This document shows, one piece after another, positions 49,592-59,943 of a stretch of 64,000 bases of DNA (its first letter is position 1; each line of letters begins with the position of its first letter). Below the pieces are notes generated by a model that saw only the letters and a program-made list of their open reading frames with translations, searched no databases and had not been told where the DNA came from. This DNA is from Candidatus Bathyarchaeota archaeon. GTDB taxonomy: Archaea > Thermoproteota > Bathyarchaeia > Bathyarchaeales > Bathycorpusculaceae. The stretch is from contig CAVYES010000005.1 of assembly GCA_963767735.1 (NCBI GenBank), positions 384,001 to 448,000 of the forward strand. Direction: 5' to 3'. The translations under genes and the position numbers were made by a program.

Positions 49592-49620
49592 TAAATTGCA
49601 CCATTGTTATTGACTCGCGT

Positions 49621-49929
49621 TTATTGGACTTCGATATTTTCTGTGGGGTAACCCATTTTGATTAAGAATTCGCGTATTCTGTCTCTGTGGTCGCCTTGAA
49701 GCATAATTTGGCCGTTTTTGCTGGTCCCCCCGCATGCACAGTACGTTTTTAGTTTTTGTGCAACATTTGCCAAGTTTATGTTTTTATCTTCCATGCCGTC
49801 GATAACGGTGGTTGGTCTACCAAATTTACGTGTTTCAAGCCTAACGCGTATTCTCTGCTGCTCTTTTTCGATTTCTCCACAAACGCATAAGTCCTTTGGA
49901 AGCCCGCATGTTGAACAAACTTCAGCCAT
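49621..49929 (-). CDS. Translation initiation factor aIF1 (SUI1)
   Basis: CGLPKDLCVC, LKTYCACGGT and LQGDHR. Confidence 0.95.
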   Translation of the reverse strand: MAEVCSTCGLPKDLCVCGEIEKEQQRIRVRLETRKFGRPTTVIDGMEDKNINLANVAQKLKTYCACGGTSKNGQIMLQGDHRDRIREFLIKMGYPTENIEVQ

Positions 49930-50148
49930 GACACTCAACAGTGAATTAGCATCTGCAATATATAAAAGTTTCAAATCCACCCTGGCAACTTTCTTAGGTT
50001 ACTTTCATGTAGCGCCACTAGTAACCGCTTTAAAGCTTGGTCACTTAGCAGCAAAGCAGAAACTTGCACTGAATCGCAAAATTGCCATTTATTCATTCAT
50101 ATGGGCGTGCGCCAAGAAATGAGAAACTATAATTCAGCATGTTGCGAG

Positions 50149-50224
50149 GGCTAGTTTGTTTTCTCTGCTGATACTTTTACGCTTACCCCCGAGTTTGCTG
50201 CTTCTTTTACTTCTTCTAGCGTCA
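50149..50224 (-). pseudogene. Orphan duplicate of the arsM 3' end
   Basis: 64/76 nt identical to 51834..51909; translates to TLEEVKEAANSGVSVKVSAEKTN*. Confidence 0.85.
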
Positions 50225-50353
50225 AAGTGTAAGATGCTCAGAAATTCTAAAGTGGAGGCGCCAATCAGGATTTTCGTATGTTGACGCTCCCGATTACCTT
50301 CGGGAAAATGCCCATCCGAGTTTATGCCATATAACATGCTAAGGTGACGAGAG

Positions 50354-51145
50354 TTGATACAAGAACAAACCTTTTGTGTATGTGAACCAGAAAAATGCGA
50401 TACCTTCCTGTTCATGAGCAAAAAACTCGGGATGGAAGTATTGCACCCTGGCGGGCTTCAAGCCACGAAACTAATGGCTGAGAAATGTAAAATCTCCCGT
50501 GACATGACCATCCTGGATGCGGGTTGCGGCAGCGGAAGCAGCAGCATTTTTCTGGCTAGGCGGTACGGTTGCCGAGTCGTCGGAATAGATGTTGACCCAA
50601 CCGCTCTAATGAAGGCACACGAAAAAGCATGCAGCAAGAATCTGCTCGACAGGGTTGCCTTCAGGCTTGCGGACTTGAATTCATTGTCACTTCAAGACAA
50701 CATGTTCGACGGAGCGATCTTCCAGGCTTCATTGATTTTCTGCGAAAAAGCCCGTGTGTTGCATGAAGTTAGCCATAAGATTCGTTCTGGCGGTTTCTTG
50801 GGTGCCGTCGAGTTGGCTTGGAAGGTAAAGCCTCCAGGCGAGATTTTAGCGAAAGTGAAAGGTATTCTTTGCGAAGCAGTCGTCAACGCTGAGTCTCATG
50901 ATGACTGGAATGCGTTGTTTGAGCGCTCAGGCCTTGATGTTAAAAGCAGCGAAATGCATGATTTGGATTTTGGCTTTCGTTTTATGCTAACTAATGAAGG
51001 CCTTTTCTCGACTATGCGGATAGCTTCAAAGTGCATTTTCAAACAAGAAGCGCGTAATAAGACTCGGGCGATAACAAACCTTTTCAAGGAAACAGAGGCA
51101 TACTTAGGATACGGCATCTACGTGTCCAGGAAACCAGCAAGTTGA
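50354..51145 (+). CDS. Class I SAM-dependent methyltransferase
   Basis: LHPGGLQAT, ILDAGCGSG, VVGID and YLGYGIYV. Confidence 0.9.
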   Translation: MIQEQTFCVCEPEKCDTFLFMSKKLGMEVLHPGGLQATKLMAEKCKISRDMTILDAGCGSGSSSIFLARRYGCRVVGIDVDPTALMKAHEKACSKNLLDRVAFRLADLNSLSLQDNMFDGAIFQASLIFCEKARVLHEVSHKIRSGGFLGAVELAWKVKPPGEILAKVKGILCEAVVNAESHDDWNALFERSGLDVKSSEMHDLDFGFRFMLTNEGLFSTMRIASKCIFKQEARNKTRAITNLFKETEAYLGYGIYVSRKPAS

Positions 51146-51765
51146 TAGAGGCAGTTCTTAACATACGAATCCCCGAACTTTGGGTCACACCAGTAACTGA
51201 GAAGTACGACGCGGAAGTTTCCTGCCAAATAGGCGGGCACTCTACGAAGACTGGTTGGGGCATCGTTACCATCAAAGGAGACGACAACATCATAGACAAA
51301 ATGGTGGAGGAAATAAGGAATCATTCGTCTGTCGGCAGAGTTGAAGTCAAGGACCGCCAGCCAGGTATGGTTTCGCTTCTGGTGGATGTGGTTCGATGTC
51401 GAGCGTGTAGGGTGCTCATCACTTCTAAAGCCTTCATGGTGTATCCAGTAGATATCAGAAAGGGAAGAATGAAGTGGCTCCTCATTACAGACACGAACAA
51501 AACAGTGGGAAAACTCTCTGAAGTGCTCAAACAGGTTGACTGCGACGTCAAACTCGAAAGAATAACCCTCCTAAGCGACAAAGGCGTTCTCACCAACAGG
51601 CAGGAAGAAACCATTCAAGTAGCCTTCGCGTCAGGATACTTCGACTTTCCACGGAAGATAGGCGGCCAGAAACTGGCGAACCAGTTGGGCGTGTCCGTCT
51701 CAACTCTTTCCGAGGTGATGAGGGCTGCTCAGCGCCGCATATTCGCCGAATACCTTCAAACCTGA
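51142..51765 (+). CDS. Bacterio-opsin activator-type (HTH_10) regulator
   Basis: LTNRQEE...GYFDFPRKI...LANQLGVSVSTLSEVMRAAQRR. Confidence 0.9.
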   Translation: MIEAVLNIRIPELWVTPVTEKYDAEVSCQIGGHSTKTGWGIVTIKGDDNIIDKMVEEIRNHSSVGRVEVKDRQPGMVSLLVDVVRCRACRVLITSKAFMVYPVDIRKGRMKWLLITDTNKTVGKLSEVLKQVDCDVKLERITLLSDKGVLTNRQEETIQVAFASGYFDFPRKIGGQKLANQLGVSVSTLSEVMRAAQRRIFAEYLQT

Positions 51766-51835
51766 GCTCGACGCACTAAACACCATGACTTCTAACCTAA
51801 GCGGTCCATCAAGAGCCGGTCGCATATGCCAGTGG

Positions 51836-52660
51836 CTAGTTTGTTTTCAATGCAGATACCTTTACACTTACCACAGAGTTTGCCGCTTCTCTTACTTCCG
51901 CTAGCGACATATCCAAACTCTTAACGATTTCTTGAGTTGCAGATTCGCTTATAATATATTCGAGCGGATACGTCTTTTCTTCAATTACTCTTACTTCCCG
52001 GAAACCAGCGCTTCGGATCAGTTCAAGGTATTTCTCTTTGATTTCCGCGCCTGAAATGCATCCTGCATAGGCTTCAACGTTTTCGCGTATGGATTTCGGC
52101 AGCCCTCTTAAGAGAACTATGTCCGAAACCATCAATCGCCCCTTAGGGGAAAGCACTCTGAAGGCTTCTTCAAAAACTCGCTTCTTATTTGGCGAGAGAT
52201 TGATTACGCAATTTGAGATTATAACATCAACCGAATTATCTGCAGCTGGAAGATTCTCGATTTCTCCAAGTCTGAACTCAACGTTTGTATATTTTCCTTT
52301 TCTCGCGTTCGCTCTTGCCTTGTCGATCATTTCAGGAGTCATATCTACGCCTATTACTTTGCCATTCTTGCCCACTTTATTGGCTGCCAAGAAACAGTCA
52401 AAGCCTGCTCCTGCACCCAGGTCAAGAACTGTCTCTCCCTCTTTTAGCGACGCCAACGCAGTTGGATTGCCACAGCCAAGACCCAGATTTGCTCCCTCGG
52501 GAACAGCGGTCATTTCATCTTCACTGTAGCCTATCATGTTGCTTACTTCCTTGCTGGTGGCTGAGCAACAGCTAATTGGCGACGCGCAACAAGAGCCATT
52601 GGTTTTGGCAACTTTTGCGTAGCGGTTTCTAACAAGTTTTTTAATTTTTTCTTCCTTCAT
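51836..52660 (-). CDS. arsM: Arsenite S-adenosylmethionine methyltransferase
   Basis: N-terminal CC pairs, LGLGCGNP, SNCVINL and AGCISGA. Confidence 0.95.
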   Translation of the reverse strand: MKEEKIKKLVRNRYAKVAKTNGSCCASPISCCSATSKEVSNMIGYSEDEMTAVPEGANLGLGCGNPTALASLKEGETVLDLGAGAGFDCFLAANKVGKNGKVIGVDMTPEMIDKARANARKGKYTNVEFRLGEIENLPAADNSVDVIISNCVINLSPNKKRVFEEAFRVLSPKGRLMVSDIVLLRGLPKSIRENVEAYAGCISGAEIKEKYLELIRSAGFREVRVIEEKTYPLEYIISESATQEIVKSLDMSLAEVREAANSVVSVKVSALKTN

Positions 52661-52668
52661 AAAATCAA

Positions 52669-52920
52669 TCAAGCCTCTTGTTCAATTGCACCTTTAATCA
52701 TGGGACCAATCGTTTTGCTTACCGCACCAGCTAACCTTTCAGCCTTAATCATCATAATGCAACACACTACGCCTTCTTTCTCCCAAGCCACAACAGCTAT
52801 CTTATCGTTAGGCTTGAAGTTCGCCTTCTCTCTAAGATCCTTAGGCAAAACAATTTGCCCTTTGATATCAATTGTTACAACTGCATCAATTCTACAGGCA
52901 TCGCAATCACAAGCACTCAT
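52669..52920 (-). CDS. AbrB-fold, HgcC-like (HgcAB-associated) protein
   Basis: C..CRIDAVVTIDIKGQIVLPKDLREKA...VCCIMMIKA. Confidence 0.75.
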   Translation of the reverse strand: MSACDCDACRIDAVVTIDIKGQIVLPKDLREKANFKPNDKIAVVAWEKEGVVCCIMMIKAERLAGAVSKTIGPMIKGAIEQEA

Positions 52921-53099
52921 CCTAATCACCTTGACAAGAATAAATAATGTTATATTATTTAAATATTTCTTATTTTTCAGAAAAATCTTGAAAGTTTCCT
53001 CCACTTAATAAAATGAAGAAAATGAGAAAAGTCTTATTGATAAGCAAACATAGAAGTTTAGGAAAAATCATTTCCTCTGTCTCCATTCATCATCTCATA

Positions 53100-53429
53100 C
53101 TAGCTGCAGGTCATGTGCTCAAAAACCTCTTTCGTGAGAGCATCCACAAGTTCTGGCGTCAAGTCATCTGCAACATCATAAATTCTTTGGTCAACAATCG
53201 AGTACATTCGTTTGGTTCCATCCTTTCGGCATCTAACTATTCCCGCGTCTTTGAGGATTTTTAGGTGACGTGAAACTAGAGGTTGAATGAGGTTTAAATG
53301 TGGAACAATTTCGCATACACACTTTTCGCCATCCCGCAAAAATGAAAGTATTTCAAGTCTGATTGGATCGGAGAGCGCATGGAAAACTATTGATTTGAAA
53401 CGATTCTGATTTTCCACTTTTGCAGACAT
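53100..53429 (-). CDS. arsR: ArsR/SmtB metalloregulator
   Basis: ALSDPIRL, EKCVCEI and VSRHLKIL. Confidence 0.92.
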   Translation of the reverse strand: MSAKVENQNRFKSIVFHALSDPIRLEILSFLRDGEKCVCEIVPHLNLIQPLVSRHLKILKDAGIVRCRKDGTKRMYSIVDQRIYDVADDLTPELVDALTKEVFEHMTCS

Positions 53430-53501
53430 GAATTACGTTAGAGTCAATAACAATATTTAAAAGTTGCTATGAATAAGAAAACAGGCAATAAGGCGACAAA
53501 C

Positions 53502-53792
53502 ATGGCCCAAGAAACCTGGCACGGAATCCCCCGAAGCAAAATACCTTGGTACCCAACAATCGACTATGAAAAATGCGTAAGCTGCGGAAAATGCGTAGAT
53601 TACTGTAAACTTGGAACATATGAAATAGAGGAGAAAAACGGAAACAAGAGACCGACAGTCAAAAACCCAAACAACTGCGTAGTACTCTGTAACGGTTGCG
53701 ACGCTATATGCCCCACTGGCGCGATCAAACACCCCTCGAAAACAGAGACCCGACAAATAATCAGAAAGTTGCGAGAAAAACCTTCCAGGTAA
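53502..53792 (+). CDS. 4Fe-4S dicluster ferredoxin
   Basis: CVSCGKCVDYC and CVVLCNGCDAICP. Confidence 0.88.
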   Translation: MAQETWHGIPRSKIPWYPTIDYEKCVSCGKCVDYCKLGTYEIEEKNGNKRPTVKNPNNCVVLCNGCDAICPTGAIKHPSKTETRQIIRKLREKPSR

Positions 53793-53798
53793 AAGGGC

Positions 53799-54878
53799 AT
53801 GTGCGTACCTACTTCACAACCTAAACCTCACCTTTCATTGTTGAGCAAATTCCTTACCGTCTGGATATTTTTAGCCATGGCACTCGGGGTCGCAATTGGC
53901 TACATTTATCCGAAGGTATCCAGCGCCATAGGCTCTCTAAGCATCGGAACCACCTCAATACCCATAGCGATAGGCCTGATTTTGATGATGTACCCTCCGC
54001 TTGCAAGAGTACGCTATGAAGACCTAAAAAAAGTGGTGACAGCTAAAGGCTCAAAAACCATGCTCACCGAGTCGCTTACTCTAAACTGGGTAATAGGACC
54101 CTTGTTGATGTTTGTTTTAGCCTGGGTGTTCCTCGGTGCCTATCCTGACCTGCGAAACGGCATAATCCTCATCGGTATAGCACGATGCATCGCCATGGTT
54201 ATTGTATGGAATAACCTTGCAGAAGGCGACAATGAATGGACCGCCATACTGGTCGCAATAAACTCCATTTTCCAAATAATAATGTACTCTGTTCTAGCGT
54301 ACTTCTACATAACTATAGCGAGCTCTTGGATTTCAGGCTCAGGGCAAGTCGTCAACATTTCCCTAATACAAGTAGCAGAGTCAGTGGTCATCTACTTAGG
54401 AATCCCCTTCTTCGCAGGAATCCTAACCCGATACTACTTCTTAAAAGCCAAAGGAAAAGAATGGTACGATCACAAACTAATGCACAATCTAAGCCACCTC
54501 TCACTGATCGCGTTGCTCTTCACAATTGTGGTCATGTTCTCACTCAAGGGGCAATACATAGTAAGTCTGCCGTTGGATGTTGTAAGAGTCGCCATTCCGC
54601 TCTTAGTCTACTTTGTAATAATGTTCTCATTAGCATTCGCTATAGGGCACTACTCTAAACTGGGTTACAAAAGAACAACCTCGCTCTCTTTCACCGCTGC
54701 CAGCAACAACTTTGAATTAGCCATAGCCGTAGCCGTCGCTGTTTTTGGTTTAGCTTCTCAAGAAGCCTTTGCAGCAGTTATAGGACCACTAATTGAGGTG
54801 CCAGTTATGATAAGTTTAGTGAACGTCGCTCTCTGGATAAGAAAGAAATATTATGCGGATAAGGAGAATGAAGGATGA
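53799..54878 (+). CDS. acr3: ACR3 arsenite efflux transporter
   Basis: [22 protein letters not shown] and GPLIEVP. Confidence 0.96.
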   Translation: MCVPTSQPKPHLSLLSKFLTVWIFLAMALGVAIGYIYPKVSSAIGSLSIGTTSIPIAIGLILMMYPPLARVRYEDLKKVVTAKGSKTMLTESLTLNWVIGPLLMFVLAWVFLGAYPDLRNGIILIGIARCIAMVIVWNNLAEGDNEWTAILVAINSIFQIIMYSVLAYFYITIASSWISGSGQVVNISLIQVAESVVIYLGIPFFAGILTRYYFLKAKGKEWYDHKLMHNLSHLSLIALLFTIVVMFSLKGQYIVSLPLDVVRVAIPLLVYFVIMFSLAFAIGHYSKLGYKRTTSLSFTAASNNFELAIAVAVAVFGLASQEAFAAVIGPLIEVPVMISLVNVALWIRKKYYADKENEG

Positions 54879-55279
54879 AAAAAATATTATTTGTCTGTGT
54901 AGAAAATGCAGGCAGAAGCCAAATAGCAGAGGCCTTCGCCAACAAGTACGGAAAAAACAAATTTACCATTTCAAGTGCTGGGAGCAAACCCGCTGATAAA
55001 GTTAATCCAGTGGTCGTTGAGGCATTAAAAGAAAAAGGCATTGACATCTCGCAAAATAAGCCCAAGAAACTTACTTTCCAGATGGCCAAAGACTCAGACT
55101 TTATTATAACAATGGGTTGTAATGAACAAGGGATATGCCCTGGACAATTCCTCAAACCAACAGCTGATTGGAAACTTGATGACCCAAAGGGAAAATCTAT
55201 CGAGAAAGTAAGAGAAATCAGAGATGATATTGAGAACAGAGTCCAGAAACTGATAGCTGAAGAAAGCAACAGTAATTAA
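54875..55279 (+). CDS. arsC: Arsenate reductase (LMW-PTP fold), copy 1
   Basis: [11 protein letters not shown]...CP and DDP. Confidence 0.9.
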   Translation: MKKILFVCVENAGRSQIAEAFANKYGKNKFTISSAGSKPADKVNPVVVEALKEKGIDISQNKPKKLTFQMAKDSDFIITMGCNEQGICPGQFLKPTADWKLDDPKGKSIEKVREIRDDIENRVQKLIAEESNSN

Positions 55280-55296
55280 ATCCTGGAGACACAAAT

Positions 55297-55473
55297 TTGA
55301 AAATATATGTAGGTCTGAAAGAAAAAACTAAGCCTGCAATATTTGAATCGGAAACAGAACCAAACAGGAAGACTTACCCTCAATATGATATCATTTACGG
55401 TCCTTTCAAATCAAAAGAAGATGCGGAAAAATACGTCACAACAATGGGTGAACTCGCCTGCGGGGACAGCTAA
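55297..55473 (+). CDS. Small hypothetical protein (58 aa) in the ars operon
   Basis: Below the track cutoff. GGAG RBS, then TTG: MKIYVGLKEKTKPAIFESETEPNRKTYPQYDIIYGPFKSKEDAEKYVTTMGELACGDS*. Confidence 0.65.
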   Translation: MKIYVGLKEKTKPAIFESETEPNRKTYPQYDIIYGPFKSKEDAEKYVTTMGELACGDS

Positions 55474-55498
55474 AATTTTTCAGACTTGGTGAGACCCG

Positions 55499-55828
55499 AT
55501 GAGTGAAGGCCCAATTAGAATTAGAAGCTGGGACGAATTCAAACGTTTAGTCAGTGAAAAGAAGCCCGCCTCATTAGTGTACGTCCTTGAACAAAATGCC
55601 CTCTCACCAAACAAGGAACTAACCAGCCTAAGAATCATAATGCTCCACGATATGCGTTACTACATTTTCCTTGACTTTCCAAAAGGGGACAAGTTGAGAG
55701 AAACAGGAATTCCTTTACACAAGGATAACAAGGGAATTCTTAATTTGGATGAAGACGAAGTCAAGGTTATTTTGAAGAAGCAGTTTGAGAAAGAGAAGAT
55801 AGACGTTTTTTCTTTCTGGACCACTTAA
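55499..55828 (+). CDS. Hypothetical protein in the ars cluster
   Basis: 109-aa ORF with a GGTGA RBS. Confidence 0.7.
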   Translation: MSEGPIRIRSWDEFKRLVSEKKPASLVYVLEQNALSPNKELTSLRIIMLHDMRYYIFLDFPKGDKLRETGIPLHKDNKGILNLDEDEVKVILKKQFEKEKIDVFSFWTT

Positions 55829-55908
55829 AAAGGCGAAACAACATATGTCTATAAAGAATATATTGATGGTCTTTTTATATTCCAAAGGAATCGTTTGGAG
55901 TGAGTTGT

Positions 55909-56379
55909 ATGGCTAAAACTAAAGTCTTGTTTTTGTGCACTCATAATTCAGCTCGATCACAGATAGCTGAAGGATTGCTCAGACACCTTTATGGTGATAA
56001 GTATGAGGTTTTTAGCGCTGGAACAAATCCTACCAAGGTGAATCCCTTAGCCATCAAAGTTATGGCTGAGATAGGGATAGATATTTCTGGGCAATACTCT
56101 AAAAACCTCGATGTTTTCAAAGATGACGATATCGACCTGGTTGTATCAGTCTGCCGCGGCGACTCAAAAATAAATTGTGCCATTTGCGCCTCTCCGATAG
56201 TTATGGGCAGGCCTGAATTGATTAGGTCAAGATTGCCCCGAGCAAAAGATTATTTGGATAACCCCTTTGCAGACCCAGCCGAAGTCGAGGGAACGGAAGA
56301 AGAAAAACTAGCCGCCTTCCGTCGAACAAGAGATGAAATGAAAAAGTGGATAATCGAGAAGTTTAGTTTAACGGAGTGA
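55909..56379 (+). CDS. arsC: Arsenate reductase, copy 2, with Cys-containing insertion
   Basis: CTHNSARSQ, VC...CAIC and ADP. Confidence 0.88.
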   Translation: MAKTKVLFLCTHNSARSQIAEGLLRHLYGDKYEVFSAGTNPTKVNPLAIKVMAEIGIDISGQYSKNLDVFKDDDIDLVVSVCRGDSKINCAICASPIVMGRPELIRSRLPRAKDYLDNPFADPAEVEGTEEEKLAAFRRTRDEMKKWIIEKFSLTE

Positions 56380-56386
56380 GCATGCA

Positions 56387-56821
56387 ATGCAAAAGACCAA
56401 AGTCATTTTCTTATGCACGGGAAATAAGGCGCGAAGCCAAATGGCTGAAGCATTTCTGAGGAAATATGCTGGTGATCATTTTGAAGTTTACAGTGCAGGT
56501 TTCAATCCTGAACCTATTCACCCCTACACTTTTCAGGTGATGAGAGAGCTGGGATATGACTTAAGTGGGCAACATTCCAAGGACTTGGCTCAATATCTTG
56601 GGAAGGAAAATTTTGGGATAGTTATAACGTTATGTCAGAAAGCAGAAGAGGACTGCCCCACCTTTCCAGGTGTATCCACAAGGCTATTTTGGCCCGTCGA
56701 AGACCCAGCGGCATTTCAAGGAACAGAAGAGCAAGAATTAGCCAAATTTCGAGAAGTCAGAGACCAAATAAACGAAAAGATAAAAACTTGGCTTAAAGAA
56801 AGAGGCATAACAGAAAACTGA
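56387..56821 (+). CDS. arsC: Arsenate reductase, copy 3
   Basis: CTGNKARSQ, LC...DCP and EDP. Confidence 0.9.
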   Translation: MQKTKVIFLCTGNKARSQMAEAFLRKYAGDHFEVYSAGFNPEPIHPYTFQVMRELGYDLSGQHSKDLAQYLGKENFGIVITLCQKAEEDCPTFPGVSTRLFWPVEDPAAFQGTEEQELAKFREVRDQINEKIKTWLKERGITEN

Positions 56822-56911
56822 AAACCTCAAGATAACCATTCACCCTTTATCGCCCCGAAAAATTGGAAGAACACACATAATCGGGTTGAATTATATCAAT
56901 TCACTCTCTCT

Positions 56912-58205
56912 TTAGAGACCTGTTGAAATGGATGCCGTGAGCGCAGATTGTTTAATGCCTTTTTTTCTAAATGCAATTGCCGTAACGATTATAACTAAAA
57001 CAATGATTACGGCCGCTGCTAGATAGATAATTTCTGCTGGAAATGACGTAGCTGGCAGAGTGTGTGCTGAGAAAGCATATGCATTATGATCCCAAGAGCC
57101 TACGTAAACGCGGCCATCAACTATTGCAGGTGAAGAACTCACCCCGCCACCCGTTGCATAATTCCATATTTTTGCACCCGTAACTGAGTCAAAACAGTAG
57201 ACGTTGTGGTCCCATGATCCTATGTAGATATAACCGCCTGCGACTGCAGGAGAGGAGTCCACCTCGCCACCGGTTGTGTAGTTCCAAATTTTGTCTCCAG
57301 TTAAAGCGTCAAGACAATAAACACTATTATTGCCTTCGGATCCAATATAGACGTAACCGTTAGCAACTGCGGGAGAAGAGCCTCCTATTCCTCCAGTTAC
57401 GCGGTTCCACACTTTTGTGCCGGTTGATGCATTAAGACAATAAACGTTACCGTCTTCGGATCCTATGTAGATGTAACCGTTAGCAACTGCGGGAGAAGAC
57501 TCCACCACACCTCCAGTTGTATAGCTCCATATTTTGTCTCCAGTTAAAGCGTCAAGACAATAGACGTTATTGTTTGTAGACCCTATGTAGACGAATCTAC
57601 CGACGAGTGCAGGAAGACTCCACAAGACCCCCAGTCTTGTAGCTCCATACTTTTGTGCCAGTTGAAGCGTTAATGCAATAAATATTGCCGTCCCAAGACC
57701 CTACATAGATGTAGCCGCCGACAACTGCAGGAGAAGACTCAACAGTATTTCCGGTTGTGAAATTCCACACTTTAGCGCCAGTAGAAGCGTTAAGGCAATA
57801 AATATTGTGGTCATAAGAACCTACATAAACGAAGCCACCAGCAACTGCGGGAGAAGAGCCTATCGGTCCTCGGGTTGCGTAATTCCATATTTTTGTGCCG
57901 GTCAACGCGTTAAGGCAGTAGATAGTCCCATCATCAGATGGCATGTAGATGCAGCCATTGGCAACTGCGGGAGAAGAGCCTATGGGTTCTCGGGTTGTGT
58001 AGTTCCATAATTGAACTAAGGAAATTGCTGTAAGTGTGCTGGTTGAGTAGCCGGTGTGAGATAAATCATGATGAAACATTGGCCATTCATCTGGGGAAGA
58101 ACTGGCGAAGCTCAAGTCTGGCTGCATAAAACAAGAGAATAAGATTAGAAATAGGGTAATGAGACTGAAAAGCATTCGCTCAGGTTTTTTCATTTCGAGG
58201 ATCAT
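56912..58205 (-). CDS. PQQ-type beta-propeller repeat surface protein (one frameshift near 57605)
   Basis: WPMFHHD followed by ~40-aa repeats SSPAV..G.VY.GS.D..YCL.A.TG...W and a C-terminal TM; two ORFs join. Confidence 0.85.
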
Positions 58206-58391
58206 CCTGAAGCACAGAATTAGATTGCATATTTAATTTCTTAGCTGTATAAGGCTGTCGGCCAATTCTGATTAACCATCTTCCAAAAATTAAGCCCCCT
58301 TCAGGAAGGGTTTCTTTATTGTGCTCGAAGCGAAGGAAAAACGTATTACAATCATGAAGTTTGGTCGTGTTCGCGTTTTTTCTTAGTAGCT

Positions 58392-58565
58392 TTAAGCCTG
58401 AGCAATTGCGTTTCGTAGTAATTTCGCTGTTTTGATCAACACGTTGACTTGTTTTTCTGTTAGATGTTCAACTTTTTGATTCTCAAGGCTTTGGACATAT
58501 TCGTCTAACGCCTTGGCTGCTTTATCTCCGCGCAACGTGCTGCTATCGCATATATTAACTGTCAA
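58392..58565 (-). CDS. Small helical hypothetical protein (57 aa)
   Basis: Manual translation MTVNICDSSTLRGDKAAKALDEYVQSLENQKVEHLTEKQVNVLIKTAKLLRNAIAQA*; amphipathic. Confidence 0.4.
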   Translation of the reverse strand: MTVNICDSSTLRGDKAAKALDEYVQSLENQKVEHLTEKQVNVLIKTAKLLRNAIAQA

Positions 58566-58893
58566 TATTTATCGCCAAATAGCCATACGCCAAACCTCAA
58601 CATAACCTTTTCAAACGGTACTCAGAACAACTGTAGTACAATTGAGCAAATTAGATTGACAAAAAGACGCAATTGCAGATAATAAACTGCTGAACTTTAA
58701 CAATAAAATGTCAAAGTGGTTGTAGCCGTGTAGCACAAAACAATTTTTTATCTCGTCACATGAAAAAATCCTACTACTCCACTTGATTTAATCTCGTTGA
58801 AAAGTTCGCCTTAGTCATGCGCAATGTTTCCTGTTTAACTGCTTGTCCATTTTTTCCCAACGCGCTTTTTCATTGCTACTGAGGTTACTTTTT

Positions 58894-59943
58894 TCATTTT
58901 GGTTGTTGCTGTGAGATGCAGTGAATTGCCCCAAACCCACATATCAAGTCAACACAGTTTACGCCTACGACTTTTCTTTTCGGGAATAGTTCTTGCAGAA
59001 TAGATAACGCGAGCTTGTCGTTTTCTGATTCAAAGATTGGTACTAAAACTCTCTTGTTTCCTATGTAGAAGTTTGTGTAGCTTGCGGGAAGCCTTTTTTT
59101 GTTACACTCGACTTTTCCAGGCATTGGCAGCTTGACGATGTTTAGTTTCTTGCCGTCTTGATCGTTGGACTGGCACAGTATTTCATAATTTTTTCTTAAA
59201 ACGTCTGCATTTTCATCGTTGCCCTCTTCATAAGCGCACACAACCGTCGTCGGGTTAACAAACCGTGCAAGATCGTCCACATGACCATCCGTATCATCTC
59301 CAGCAATGCCGCATCTTAACCAAATGACATGAGTTGCCCCAAGATACTCTTGCAAGAATTTCTCGATTTTTTCTTTGCTAAGGTCAGGATTTCTGTTCTT
59401 ATTTAATAGACACTGTTCAGTCGTAAGCAGAGTCCCTTTTCCATTGACATCTATGGATCCGCCTTCCAAAACTATGCCCGGCTCAAAACATTTCAAGCCC
59501 ATCTGGTGGTTAATTAGGTGAGTGATTTGCCTATCTTTTAAGAGTTCTTCGTATTTTTCTCCCCAAGAATTAAAAATCCAGTGCACCATTGCTAACTCTT
59601 GATTCCTGTTCCTGACAAATATCGGACCGTAATCTCTAAACCAAACATCCGCATAATCAAATTCAAAAAAACGTATTCTACTTAAATCAATCTCTCTTTT
59701 CTCAAACAAACTTGTTATCTTTTTCTTCATGACTTCATCTTTCACAAGAAGATTAACGAATTCATCCTCATGAAGTAGCTTCACGATTTGAACGTAAGTT
59801 TCCTCGACTTTCTCGACGCCCGACGTAAACGTTGTAGGATCATGCGGCCACGCTAACCATACTGCCTCATGCTTAACCCATTCTGCGGGCATGCTGTATC
59901 CAAGTTCGGCGGGAGTCCCCTTTGTAGTGTTTTCAATATTCAT
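58894..59943 (-). CDS. aguA: Agmatine deiminase
   Basis: MPAEW, WFRDYGP, LEGGSI, DTDGHVD and GAIHCISQQ. Confidence 0.95.
   Translation of the reverse strand: MNIENTTKGTPAELGYSMPAEWVKHEAVWLAWPHDPTTFTSGVEKVEETYVQIVKLLHEDEFVNLLVKDEVMKKKITSLFEKREIDLSRIRFFEFDYADVWFRDYGPIFVRNRNQELAMVHWIFNSWGEKYEELLKDRQITHLINHQMGLKCFEPGIVLEGGSIDVNGKGTLLTTEQCLLNKNRNPDLSKEKIEKFLQEYLGATHVIWLRCGIAGDDTDGHVDDLARFVNPTTVVCAYEEGNDENADVLRKNYEILCQSNDQDGKKLNIVKLPMPGKVECNKKRLPASYTNFYIGNKRVLVPIFESENDKLALSILQELFPKRKVVGVNCVDLICGFGAIHCISQQQPK

Noticed and set aside
53502-53792. hgcB mercury-methylation ferredoxin
   Set aside because: It lacks the C-terminal vicinal cysteines, and no hgcA cap-helix gene is present.
56912-58205. DNA repeat array or DGR-like repeats
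   Set aside because: The ~120-bp repeats are ordinary beta-propeller coding repeats, and there is no reverse transcriptase.
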